From: an uncultured Thermoleophilia bacterium
GTDB taxonomy: Bacteria; Actinomycetota; Thermoleophilia; UBA2241
NCBI GenBank assembly: GCA_963695395.1
Contig: CAVOGK010000031.1
Coordinates: forward strand, 31,637 to 95,636
Direction of reading: 5' to 3'
DNA: 64,000 nt
The position numbers and the translations under genes are program-made. Below are positions 30,505-40,239 of the stretch, one piece after another (the stretch's first letter is position 1; every line of letters starts with the position of its first letter). Below the pieces are notes generated by a model. That model saw nothing but the letters and a program-made list of their open reading frames with translations. It was not told where the DNA came from and searched no databases.

Positions 30505-30879
30505 TCAGCCGTTGAACACCGCGCCGATGAGGAAGTAGCGCCACGCATCGCTCGTCGTCGTGAGGAATTTCGCGGGGACTTCAATCGGCATCGTGACGAT
30601 GACCAGAGCGATGAAGCTCAGCACGACAGATTTCAGAATCGGACTCTTCGCCGGGATCCTGTCAAAGAAACGCAGCAGGAAGTAGCCGACGCAGAAACCG
30701 AGAATCAAGCCGCCAAGAAGAGCTTGAAGAAGCATTGGAACGTAGGAAATCGAGAGAGCAGCTCTGTACTCCGCCGCAATGGGAGTCAGGGAGATTGCGA
30801 AGTTGGCCAGCCAGAATCCCAGTCCTCCCCCGATAGCCAGTATCAACGCCTTTCTCCAGATTCCTTGAGGCTGGGCCAT
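30505..30879 (-). CDS. Hypothetical membrane protein, lower GC than its surroundings
   Basis: Several hydrophobic helices; follows the attC-like site; may be 3'-truncated. Confidence 0.6.
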   Translation of the reverse strand: MAQPQGIWRKALILAIGGGLGFWLANFAISLTPIAAEYRAALSISYVPMLLQALLGGLILGFCVGYFLLRFFDRIPAKSPILKSVVLSFIALVIVTMPIEVPAKFLTTTSDAWRYFLIGAVFNG

Positions 30880-31007
30880 CCTCTTCTTCCCCTTCTGTGC
30901 GAAGCGCCCCATGAGGAAGGCGCGGATGCGGTCGCTGTGATGGAGGGCTCTAGCAGGCCGGCGGGCCAATTCCAGTCATTCTCACCGAACACCGCGAAAC
31001 CCCGTCC

Positions 31008-31085
31008 ACCCAACGTTGTGGCCAGCCGGCGCGCGAAAGGAGGCGAAGCCGACTGAAGCGTGTCCGGTTGAGCCGCGTGTGAGGC
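31008..31085 (-). other. Integron attC-like site (78 bp)
   Basis: Minus strand GCCTCAC-ACGCGGCTCAACCGG..CCGGCTGGCCACAAC-GTTGGGT just after the cupin stop; one mismatch to RYYYAAC. Confidence 0.65.
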
Positions 31086-31113
31086 CCGACCGTGTTGGAT
31101 GTCGGGCCTGAGC

Positions 31114-31458
31114 TTACTCTTGCCCGACTATGTCGACCGAGATCTCCACCGCCGGAATCGTTCCTCTGTTCTCAAGCCAGTGCGTGGTGTTCCTGTCCTC
31201 GGGCCAGCCCACTCCCGGCCCATAGTCCGTAGCGACTCCGTTTCGATGGTCGGTGATCGTTCCTTGCAGGATGTAGACGGTGCCTGGTCTGCCCTTGTGG
31301 TCGTGAATCGGGCCGAAGACGCCTCCAGGCTCGAAGGTCACCATACGCATGCGAAGTTGGCGCCCTGCCATGCCCTCGATCTCAGGGCCCAGGTCAACCG
31401 CTGCAAGCGACTTCACCGTGACACCTTTCGACTCAGGTGCCGCCTGTTCGGTGCTCAT
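31114..31458 (-). CDS. Cupin domain protein
   Basis: TFEPGG..IHDH..PG..YILQG, HWLENRG. Confidence 0.88.
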   Translation of the reverse strand: MSTEQAAPESKGVTVKSLAAVDLGPEIEGMAGRQLRMRMVTFEPGGVFGPIHDHKGRPGTVYILQGTITDHRNGVATDYGPGVGWPEDRNTTHWLENRGTIPAVEISVDIVGQE

Positions 31459-31704
31459 CGCGCTCTCCTCTCTGTACTTCCAGGGCCTCACGCACCGCCA
31501 GTATTCCCGCAGGTCTGGCAAGGCCGCACGCGATAGGCAGGGGCGACCGCCGTGGACGCGCGGTCGGGACTCAGCTGGCAGCGACTCGAGCGAATCGAGC
31601 CGCCACCTCGCGGCACTCGCTGGCGAGAAGGGGACGGGTCGGCGTGACGAAGACCAGAGAGCGGCGTTGTACGCGAGCCGCTCCGCCCCCCGTGCCGTCG
31701 ATCG

Positions 31705-31835
31705 ATTGATCGCGACGACCAGCGCCGTCTCGTGCGCTCGGCGGTAGGCCGTCTGAGCATCGCGTGGTGGCGGCCGACGGTCGTCGGGCCGAGCGGTATG
31801 GGCGTCTCCGACCCGATGCAGGGATCTGTCGACAG
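31705..31835 (-). pseudogene. Inverted internal integrase fragment
   Basis: PLGPTTVGRHHAML versus PLAETTVAHHHAML. Confidence 0.6.
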
Positions 31836-32079
31836 CCTGGGTCTGCGGCGGCGGGCACAAACTGAGACGAGAGTTCTGCCCGGGCCCGCCGCCGCGGGTC
31901 TGTCAGTTGGGCGGACTTGGGCTGCAAATGGCTGCTGATCGGCCTGCGAGACGATTCGCGAAACACCCAAGGGAACGAGGCCTTCGCACGCACGTTTGTC
32001 GAAAGCCCCTTCGCGGCCGGCCGCGTCTCGCCGCCAAGGGCCTGCGACTGCAGCCGCGGGCATCCCTCGAATCATGTGA

Positions 32080-32234
32080 CCCGTGCGCCGCACAACGGCC
32101 GCGCGCGGGCGAAGGCGGTCGCCGGGCTCGACGAGGTGACGCGGGCGGCGCTCGAGAGGGCCGAGGAGAAGCTCCTCGAGGACTCGCGGACTGTGCGAGA
32201 CAACGTGGTGTCGCTGGCTGGCCGCAGGCGGTAG
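32080..32234 (+). pseudogene. Integrase C-terminal remnant
   Basis: RAKAVAGLDEVTRAALERAEEKLLED..DNVVSLAGRRR*. Confidence 0.9.
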
Positions 32235-32424
32235 TCCTGCGCCGCGCCTGTGAGGCTCGCCCGGCGTCAAGCCAGCCTCCTGAACGAGTGTTCTGTCTTG
32301 ATGGTCTTCCTTGACAGAAAGTGAACGAAGGTGTTCTTGTCTGAGCTGATATGCGCGGTGTGTCTCGTCGTAGCTGAATGGTCGCGCAGGCTGCCGCGTC
32401 AGCCTTCCAGAGGAGGGGGACTCC

Positions 32425-34087
32425 ATGGAACAAAGGGCCCGGGCTCGATTCTCTGCCTTCGTCGGCGCCGCCATTCTTGCGGTGATAGTGGTGGGCGCCT
32501 TTGCACCCGCCGCTTCCGCAAAGACGAGTAGCGTCGTCATGGACGCGGCGGCCCTGCGCAAGGTACTGAACGCGCAGCCGCTTCCCAAGCTGGAGCGACT
32601 ACCCGTCACAGCGACGTCTCATCCGTTCAATGGCGCGTTGTGGCAGAACAAGCCGATCAAGCTCGCCAGGTACGGCTACGTGGAGCGCGAGTACCTGGTG
32701 AGCGGCAACTCAAATGTCTACGACTGGGTGGCGGGCACGAACTACCACACGCGCATCTTGCGTGAGGGCCCGTACACGACGCGGATCATGGTCCGCCGGC
32801 CCGCCCACATGTCGACCTGGAGCGGCCGCGTCGTCATCGAGCTCATCAACTCGTCGGCTGGCTACGACTGGACGGCGATCTGGTCCGCGCTCTGGCAGCA
32901 GACACTGCGCAAGCACGATGTGTATGTCGGCGTCAGCGCCAAGCCGGCTGTGATCCCCGGCATGCAACTGCTCGACCCGGAGCGCTACGCCGACCTCGCC
33001 ATGGACAACCCGCTGCCGCCTGAGGAACAGGCGGGCGGAACGGTGCCCGGTGATCCGGACTACAACGCCGACTACTCGAGGCTCTACGAGAACGGTCTCG
33101 TCTGGGACATCGTTACGCAGACAGGGCGTCTGCTGAAGAGCCGGAGCGCTAGGAACCCGTTGGGTCGGCCGGCCAAGGTCGTCATCCTGAGTGGCGAATC
33201 CCAGCAGGGCAACGTCCTCGTCACTTACTACAAGTGGTTCACGCCGGCCGCCTACCAGAAGAACCGCAAGCCGATCTTCGACGGTTATCTGGCGGAGTGC
33301 CTCGTCAACACGGATCCCCAGTCGCAGTTCCCGTCGCGGCTGTCGACGCCCATCAACCAGACGGCGCCGATCACCAATCCGTTGCCTGCTGACGATCCGC
33401 AGCTGGGCTGGGTCCCCGCGCGCCCGATCCCGTGGCTCAGCATCAACTCGCAGTGGGACTATGCGGCCGCCCGCGGTTTCGCGCAGCCGAAGAACTACAA
33501 CACCAAGACGCACAAGGCGCGGTTCTGGGACCTGGCCGGCTGCAACCACGGCTGGGAGTGGCAGTACCTGTACGGCGACGCCTGTGCCGCCGATCTCATC
33601 AAGATGGGCTTCTGGGACCCCGCGTCCTACGCTTGGCACACGACGCCCAACAACCCCGAGGTGCCGCTCTACATGGCCGAGAAGGCTGGCTTTGAGGCGC
33701 TGCGTCAGGTGGGTCAATGGCGGCGCCGCGCCGCCGATCCCGCAGCACATCCTGAGCAAGCCGAACGACCCGTCGATCGGGTACGGAGCCCTGAGAGACG
33801 CGCCCATCTACGACGGCCTCGGCAACGCCATGGGCGGTCTGCGACTGCCGATGGTCGCAGTGCCGGTGGCCAGCTTCGGCGCGGGGCAGTACTACCTCAC
33901 GGGTCCCGACGGCAGCGAGATCGTGCCGTTCGAGGCGAGCATCCTCGCCCAGCTCTACAACTCCAAGGCGGACTACCTCGCCAAGTACAAGGCGTCGGCC
34001 ATGCGGCTCGTCAAGCAGCGTTACCTGTTGAGGTCGGACGCTCTCAGGCTGATCGACCAGGCGAAGGGGATCACGAGCATCCCGTGA
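32425..34087 (+). CDS. Secreted alpha/beta-hydrolase-domain protein (frameshift near 33705)
   Basis: GYVEREYLVSG, YTTRIMVRRP, GESQ, GNAMGGLRLP; GAGGAGG RBS; TTGACA at 32311. Confidence 0.8.
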
Positions 34088-34113
34088 TTGTCTCTCGCTA
34101 GTAGCGGTCGATC

Positions 34114-34150
34114 GAAGGCCCGCGCCCCAGGAATCTGGGCGCGGGCCTTC
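34114..34150 (+). terminator. Intrinsic terminator
   Basis: GAAGGCCCGCGCCC / GGGCGCGGGCCTTC hairpin after the hydrolase. Confidence 0.65.
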
Positions 34151-34203
34151 TCTTCGCGTCGATTCGGCCACCCCGCCGCCGTTCTCTCGCCGTCTTCCTG
34201 CGC

Positions 34204-34405
34204 GTTTCCCGCAGATTTGGCAGCTTGTTGGCAACTCGTGGTATTCCTGTCCGGACGCTGCGGGACAAAGTACCTGCAAATCGGCACAATGCGCTCGTAG
34301 CTTAGTGGATGGAGCACAGGCTTCCTGAATCCGCAGCCTGGGGTGCCAATCGGGGTACTCTGAGGGTGATTCGGGGTCGTTTGGCGACAGTCCACCGGCG
34401 CCCCG
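34204..34405 (+). repeat. att junction 6 (tRNA 5' half at 34291-34329)
   Basis: 5 mismatches in 39 nt to the tRNA 5' half; followed by TCCGCAGCCTGGGGTGCCAATCGGGGTA. Confidence 0.92.
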
Positions 34406-34462
34406 TTCCGCAGGCCTTCGCCCTCACGGCCTCTCGTCGCAGCCGACCACCATGGGCGACGC

Positions 34463-34816
34463 TCATTCCTCGAGCTCGCGGAAATAGCGGGCGAGCGCCT
34501 CGGCCAGGGCCCTGCCGACGCCTTCGCAGCTCCAGCGCGGTTGGGGGCAGGCCTCGCGGCCGAGGCGCAGGAAGGCGCCGGCGATGGCGCGGGCCTCGAG
34601 GATCGCGCACGCGACCTGGTCCTCCGTCGACGCCGGCGGGGGGAGGGTGCCGTGCTCGTGGCCGATCGTCTCAAGGTGTTCGGCGGGGATGAGGTCGTCG
34701 ACGGAGTGCCTGCGACGGTGCGCGGCCTGCCGGCAGCCGTTCGAGCAGTAGAGGCGCGGCCGGCTTCCAGCTGTCTGTTGGACGGGTGACCCGCACTCGA
34801 GGCAGATGCTCTCCAT
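34463..34816 (-). CDS. Small CxxC..CxxxC Zn-finger protein (element backbone gene)
   Basis: CLECG..RPRLYCSNGCRQAAHRRR plus helical C-terminus; remnants at 15460 and 38461. Confidence 0.75.
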   Translation of the reverse strand: MESICLECGSPVQQTAGSRPRLYCSNGCRQAAHRRRHSVDDLIPAEHLETIGHEHGTLPPPASTEDQVACAILEARAIAGAFLRLGREACPQPRWSCEGVGRALAEALARYFRELEE

Positions 34817-34919
34817 GCTCCCAGGGAGGGCGTCGTCACCCGTTTCGTAACGCAGAGGACGTCGAGTTCGGCTACAGCAGTTGGGCTCGAACGAACACCC
34901 CAGTTTCGGGCCTGCACGC

Positions 34920-34970
34920 GCCCGGGGGCGGGCAGGGTGGACGCGTCGTCGATTGTCGCTTCGCGCCCCC
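34920..34970. repeat. 51-bp G-rich backbone motif, copy 2
   Basis: About 100 bp upstream of the Zn-finger start. Confidence 0.75.
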
Positions 34971-35065
34971 ACCCCTGTCTGAGCTTGCGCAGCATCGCAG
35001 GCGGCCGCGACTCACCCGTTTCGTGACGCGAGGCAACCCGGCGCCTCGTAGAAATCCGGCTAGCA

Positions 35066-35683
35066 TCAGTGCAGCGACCAGGTGGCGTGCGACGCGCTGA
35101 TCGGCATGATCACCTTGGTCGGCTCGAAGCCTTTCTCGACCAGCATGGAGAGCCAGCCGACCGAACTCTTGCCCACGCGGGAGGGGTCCGGCCCACCGGC
35201 CTTCCCCAGGCCCGCCGGGCTGTCCTTGGTGTACACGCCGTCGCTCAACTGGAGGAACTGACAGGCGATGGGTGAGCGTGCCGTGGTCTTGTCGAGGCTC
35301 GTCAGCCGCACCTTGATGCCGTACTTCCACTCGTAGGGGCCGATGAAGTCACCGAACTCGTTGGGGGCGTTGTCGCCCTCCGGATTCGAAAGCCGTTTGA
35401 CGGCGAGGACCGCGACCCGCTCGCTGTGCGTTTTGCCGCTTGTTTGGTCGTACCAGTCGACCTGGACGGTGTCGCCCAGTCGGCCGTTCCAAGAAGGCCC
35501 ACCCCGGTCTGAGATGGTGGCTGCGGCAATGGGCAGGTCGCGTGACTTGGCGCTCGGAGCCGCGGACGGCTGCTGGACCCCATCGCCTCCACTCGCGCTT
35601 CGGGTCGACGCCGGGTTCCCGCAGCCAGCGAGCAGACCGGCTGCCGCGAGAACGAGCGCGCCGACGGCGATGATGTTCCTCAC
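35066..35683 (-). CDS. Hypothetical lipoprotein
   Basis: Lipobox LLAGC; GGAGG RBS. Confidence 0.7.
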   Translation of the reverse strand: MRNIIAVGALVLAAAGLLAGCGNPASTRSASGGDGVQQPSAAPSAKSRDLPIAAATISDRGGPSWNGRLGDTVQVDWYDQTSGKTHSERVAVLAVKRLSNPEGDNAPNEFGDFIGPYEWKYGIKVRLTSLDKTTARSPIACQFLQLSDGVYTKDSPAGLGKAGGPDPSRVGKSSVGWLSMLVEKGFEPTKVIMPISASHATWSLH

Positions 35684-35839
35684 GTTGCGGCCTCCGTGAC
35701 GACGCCGCAGATACTATCCCACGGCAGTCGGCCGAGCGGCTTGCCCGGGAGCAAGCGGCACTCGTCCTGTGACCACAGGCTCGCCGAATCGTGACACCAG
35801 GACGAGACTGGCAGCGACTCCATTTTCGGGATGTCGCGC

Positions 35840-35890
35840 GCCCGGGGGCGGGTGGGGTGGGCGCCTGCCGGTATTCCGCTTCGACCCCCC
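35840..35890. repeat. 51-bp G-rich backbone motif, copy 3
   Basis: Ungapped match to copies 1 and 2; similarity to copy 2 extends ~25 bp further left. Confidence 0.75.
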
Positions 35891-36076
35891 CAACCGGGCC
35901 CCGGCGGTGCACAACTGACCTGAATTCACACCTGCACTGAAGAAACCACCGCTCTCCCTGCGTCTTGTAGATGACCTGATCGATTCGAAGGGGGCATGCG
36001 GTGTTCTCGACCCGGTTCTCGCCCACGGAGGCTGTAGCATCTGGCGCGCAGCCTCGCGAGTCGCTCAGGAGCCTGC

Positions 36077-36664
36077 GTGGGCGCTCGAGCTACTGGGGGG
36101 CACTTGATCGACCGAGGCGGGGGAGTCACGGCGAGTCTGCAGCTGGCCGCCGCGCGCCGCGGCGACCTCGACGCCTTCGTCGCCATCCTGAAGGGTCACG
36201 ACCGCCAGCTGCGCGCCATCGCCTGGCGCCTCCTCGGTGAGCGCAGCCTCATGGACGATGCCCTCCAGGAAGTCGCGATCAAGACCGCCCGTGCGCTCCC
36301 CGAGCTGCGCGACGACGCGGCCCTGGCGGCCTGGCTGCGGCGCACGACCTATCGCACCTGCCTCGACCTGCTGCGCCGCGAGGTGAGACTGGACGTGCGC
36401 GCGCCGGAGGACATGCCGGAGGGCCGCGCCGCAGCCGGCGACCCGGCCGACGAGCTCGCCGACCGCGACCTCGTGGCGCGCCTCCTCGCGACCCTCTCGC
36501 CGGAGCAGCGCGCGGCGGTCGTGCTGGTCGACCAGGAAGGCCTCGACTACGCGGCGACGGCCGAGCTGCTCGGCGTCCCCGCGGGCACCGTCGCCTCGCG
36601 GCTCGCGACCGCCCGCGCGAAGCTGAGGCGGGAAATGGCGCCGGCGCTGGGGCGGGAGGGATGA
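36077..36664 (+). CDS. ECF sigma factor
   Basis: DDALQEV, AWLRR, AELLGVPAGTVASRL; start uncertain. Confidence 0.85.
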   Translation: MGARATGGHLIDRGGGVTASLQLAAARRGDLDAFVAILKGHDRQLRAIAWRLLGERSLMDDALQEVAIKTARALPELRDDAALAAWLRRTTYRTCLDLLRREVRLDVRAPEDMPEGRAAAGDPADELADRDLVARLLATLSPEQRAAVVLVDQEGLDYAATAELLGVPAGTVASRLATARAKLRREMAPALGREG

Positions 36665-38212
36665 CCATGGATGAGATGCGCGACCGCGAGATCGGCCGGC
36701 TCCTCTCCGGCGGCTCAGTGGCCGAGCACGAGGACGGCTACTGGGACGCTCTTCGCGCCGCGGTGGCGCCCGAGCTCGAGGGGCTCGGCCGACGGCGCCC
36801 GCGCAGGCGCCGCCTCCTGCGCATGGGACTTGCCGCGGCAGCGGTCGCGGCGGCGGCCGTCGTCGCCTTCGCCGTCCTGCCCGCCCTGCGCGGCACGGAC
36901 ACGGCGACGGCCGCCGACATGCTGGCGTCGATGAGCCGTGCCTCCAGTCCTGTCCAGACCGTCCGGCTGCGCGTCGTAGCAAGGCCTCGGAGCACCCTCG
37001 CCGGCCTCGGCTTCGCCGGCCTCTTCCTCCCAGGCGTCGATCGCCGCCCGGGTGGCCGGGCTCGAGCACAGGACGATCACCGACCTCATCCTCAGCACCA
37101 ACGGCGACTTCCGCGCGAGCCAGGCCACGGAGGGCCCCGGGGACCCGGACAGCTACCCCGGCGAGACGATTGCCCGGCCCGGACAGTACGGCTACGACGC
37201 GAGCCGCCACGAGCTGCGCATCGACTCGCGCAACACGGGCGACGGCGTTCAGGTGCTGCGGCCGTCTTGGCCGATAAGTGCCTACCACCCCGAGGTCTCC
37301 TACCTGAGCTACCAGGAACTCGCCAACTCCGTGCGCGCCGCACTGGCCGAGGCCGACCCGAACACCTCGGTCAGCGAGACCACCTACCTGGGCCGTCCGG
37401 CCTGGACAGCAAGCGTCAGTATCTACGCACCGGGCGTCGAGCGGCGGGTGACCGTCGACCGGGCCACCGGGCTCCTGCTGGCGATCGACCTCGTCGATGG
37501 GCACCCTCCCGACGAGCAGCTTGTCCGCGTCCTGCGCGTGACCCGCCTCGAGGTCGATCCCGACCTGCCGGCCGGTTGGGAGGTCGTGCCGCTCCTCGAG
37601 AAGGCGAGGGCGTTCACGCGCTGGAACTACTTCGAGGACGATGGCACGCGCTTCGGCAGCCCGGAGTCGGTCGCGAAGCTCGCCGCCCCGACGCCGCCGC
37701 TGATCCCGCAGTGGGTGCCGCGGGGCTATCGCCGAGCCGCCGTCGCTGCCGCCGTCTTCGAGGACCCGAGGTCAAGGCGCGGTCCGCTCTACAAACACGT
37801 GCTGACCGTCCCGCCGCAGGGCTCGACCCCGGGTACCGACGTCCTCAAGCTCGTCGGACTGCAGCGCTACAAGAAGCAGGTCCTCGTCCAGTTCCGCCGC
37901 GGCTTCGCCACGTTCACGATCACGGTCAGCCCGCGGCTACCTGGTGAGGGGCTGGTCGAGGAGCGCAGCGCCGACGATCCATACGGGCGCGACGCGACCT
38001 TGACGGGCGGCTACATGAAGGCGGCGACAGCACGCACCTGGATCTCGTCGAACTACATCTACCGGACGTGGGACGGCATCGCCTTGACCGAGTTGACGCA
38101 GGGACCCACGCTGCTGGCCTTCGACCACGACTGGAAGCTCGTGATAAGCGGAGGCCTCACCCGGCAGGAGCTCGTCGACGTCGCTAACTCACTCAAGAGC
38201 TATGGTGACTGA
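36661..38212 (+). CDS. Membrane-anchored putative anti-sigma factor (frameshifted near 37000)
   Basis: ATGA overlap with the sigma, short cytoplasmic part, TM helix; large extracellular domain in ORF 37052-38212. Confidence 0.6.
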
Positions 38213-38460
38213 CATGCGCGTTACTCAACTGCTGCGGTGGTTCTCATCCTCGAACGTTCGTCTTGCTTCACGCCAGCGCAACATTCGTTGGGCAGGATGA
38301 TGGTGGCTCCTTTCGCTGGCAAGCGAAGACACCCCCAAGACGAGGGTTTGCCCCAAAGCCCTTGCACGAGGCCCCGCCCCCCCGGGGCCTCGTCCCTTTG
38401 AGGGCAGGTCCTGCGGGACTTCGCCGGACGGCCTCGCGTCTCAGCCGAACACGGCGACGC

Positions 38461-38655
38461 TCACTCCTCGAGCTCGCGGAAGTAGCAGGTGAGGGCCCGG
38501 GCGAGAGCCGCTCCGACGCCCTCGCAGCGCCAGCGCAGCTGGGGCAGGCTTCGCGGGCCGCGCTTGAGGCGGCCCAGGCGCAGAGCCGGGAAGGTGCGGC
38601 GCCGGCGCTCCTCAACGTCATCGAGCTGGCCAGCAGGCGTCACCAGGCTGCCTGA
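38461..38655. pseudogene. Zn-finger 3' end (minus) fused directly to an integrase tail (plus)
   Basis: REACPQLRWRCEGVGAALARALTCYFRELEE* pieces abut RAALEAAQ..NVIELASRRH. Confidence 0.75.
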
Positions 38656-38671
38656 CTGCCACACCGCCCGG

Positions 38672-39673
38672 TCAGCCGGCAGCCGCCTCGTACAGCTCGC
38701 TGACGGCGCGGCGCGTCTCGCTGACGAGCAGGTTCCGCATGGCTTCGTCTTCGACCTGCGGCTGCCACAGCAGACGCCGACCCAGCGTGAGCAGCGTCGT
38801 CTGGGCGGCGCGCGGCTCTCCCTTGCGGCTCTGCTCCTCGGCCTGGTCGAGTAGTCTCGTCAGCTCGCCCTCGCCGCCGATGGCCGCTTCGCCCTTCGCC
38901 TCGAGCAACGCACGCAGGAGCGCCGCCGGCGCCAGTTCGGCGGCGCCGGGCAGGACTTGCTCCACCGCGTTCCTGTGCTCTTCCCGGCGGCGGCGCACGG
39001 CCTCGGCCAGCGACCGACCGAGCCGCTCCGCCTCGGGGAGCACCCGCGGCTGCTCCTCGACCGGCGGCGGCAGGACCTCAGGCGTGATCACGAACTCGTC
39101 GGGGCGGGGCAGGCGCTCTCTGTGCGGATACCAGAAGAGCTCGTACTCGCCGCGGACCAGGGGCACGATCCCGCCAACCGTGCAGGCCTCGCCAAGGCCG
39201 CAGGACCAGCAGGGGTCGATGCCGGCCGGTGTCACCTTGCCGAGAGGGACCATCCCCTCGGTCTCGAACCAGCCGAGCACATCATCGGCGACCGGCACGG
39301 GATCGACCGTGCCCGTCACGACCGCCACGCCCAGCGTGCCGGCGAGCAGCAGCATCGAGTGCCGCAGCGAGAACGCGCGCTCGATGACGGTCTTGGTGCG
39401 CGCGTCGAGCATGTTGAATGGCGCCCAGCCCCCGAGGACCAGGGCGTCGGCCCGCAGCAGCTTGACGGCGAGCTGCAGCCAGTCGTCGTCGAAGGCGGTG
39501 CAGATGTTGGTCTCGGCGCAGGCGAGGCACGCCGAGCAGGGCTCGATGCGGATGTCCCAGAGGCGCACCAGCTCGGAGTCGAGTCCCGACGCCTGCAGGA
39601 CCCGCTGGATGACGCGGTCGGTACTCCCCCCACTCATGGGGCTGCCACTCACGCCGATCACCTGCGCCGTCAC
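38672..39673 (-). CDS. Flavodoxin-fold iron-sulfur flavoprotein
   Basis: GVSGSP, CSACLAC..C, ADALVLG. Confidence 0.8.
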   Translation of the reverse strand: MTAQVIGVSGSPMSGGSTDRVIQRVLQASGLDSELVRLWDIRIEPCSACLACAETNICTAFDDDWLQLAVKLLRADALVLGGWAPFNMLDARTKTVIERAFSLRHSMLLLAGTLGVAVVTGTVDPVPVADDVLGWFETEGMVPLGKVTPAGIDPCWSCGLGEACTVGGIVPLVRGEYELFWYPHRERLPRPDEFVITPEVLPPPVEEQPRVLPEAERLGRSLAEAVRRRREEHRNAVEQVLPGAAELAPAALLRALLEAKGEAAIGGEGELTRLLDQAEEQSRKGEPRAAQTTLLTLGRRLLWQPQVEDEAMRNLLVSETRRAVSELYEAAAG

Positions 39674-39812
39674 CTAGGCACGACCTCCCCTTCGACACGT
39701 GGGCATCGTGGCACAGGAGTCGTCGGCTGTCTACGATGGTGGGGCTGCGGGGATGGGTGAGAATGGCGTCGATGTCTGGTTCCTGCTGGCCGGGCCAACG
39801 AGTCGACCGAAC

Positions 39813-40060
39813 GTTTCCTGCAGATTCTTCGCAACTCTGGCATTCTGGTCCAGCTGCCGCAGAGGAAAAACCCCTGTAAATCGGCACAATGTTCTCGTAG
39901 CTCAGTGGATAGAGCACAGGTTTCCTAAATCCGCAGCCTGGGGTGCCAATCGGGGTACTTCGAGGGTGAATCGGGGTCGTTTGACGACCCTCCGCCGGCG
40001 CCCCGAGCCTGTTCGAGTCTGCAGTTCCCTGCAGATCGAGCAACTTCCCAGCAACTTGCC
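39813..40060 (+). repeat. att junction 5, complete attP-like (tRNA 5' half at 39891-39929)
   Basis: 2 mismatches in 39 nt; GCAGA/GCAACT repeats on both sides. Confidence 0.95.
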
Positions 40061-40124
40061 GGAATCGGCCCGCGGCGCCCTCCGCCGCCGGCCCTGGAGT
40101 CGTCAGCCCGCCGATTCCCTCTTC

Positions 40125-40183
40125 GCCCAACGACATTGGCGATCAGCGGCCGGCGAAGCGCCCGCTGCACCGCCGGGTTGGGC
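40125..40183 (-). other. Integron attC-like site (59 bp)
   Basis: GCCCAAC..GGCGGTGCAGCGG..CCGCTGATCGCC..GTTGGGC: canonical R boxes and a bulged L stem, downstream of the hydrolase stop. Confidence 0.75.
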
Positions 40184-40239
40184 GGCGCCTCACGTTCAGC
40201 CCTCGGCCTTCCGAATCCTGGGAGTTCACGTGGATCAGC

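Noticed and set aside
38255-38295. ..CATTCGTTGGGC after the putative anti-sigma gene as an attC
   Set aside because: Only an R'-like end is present, with no convincing complementary left half.
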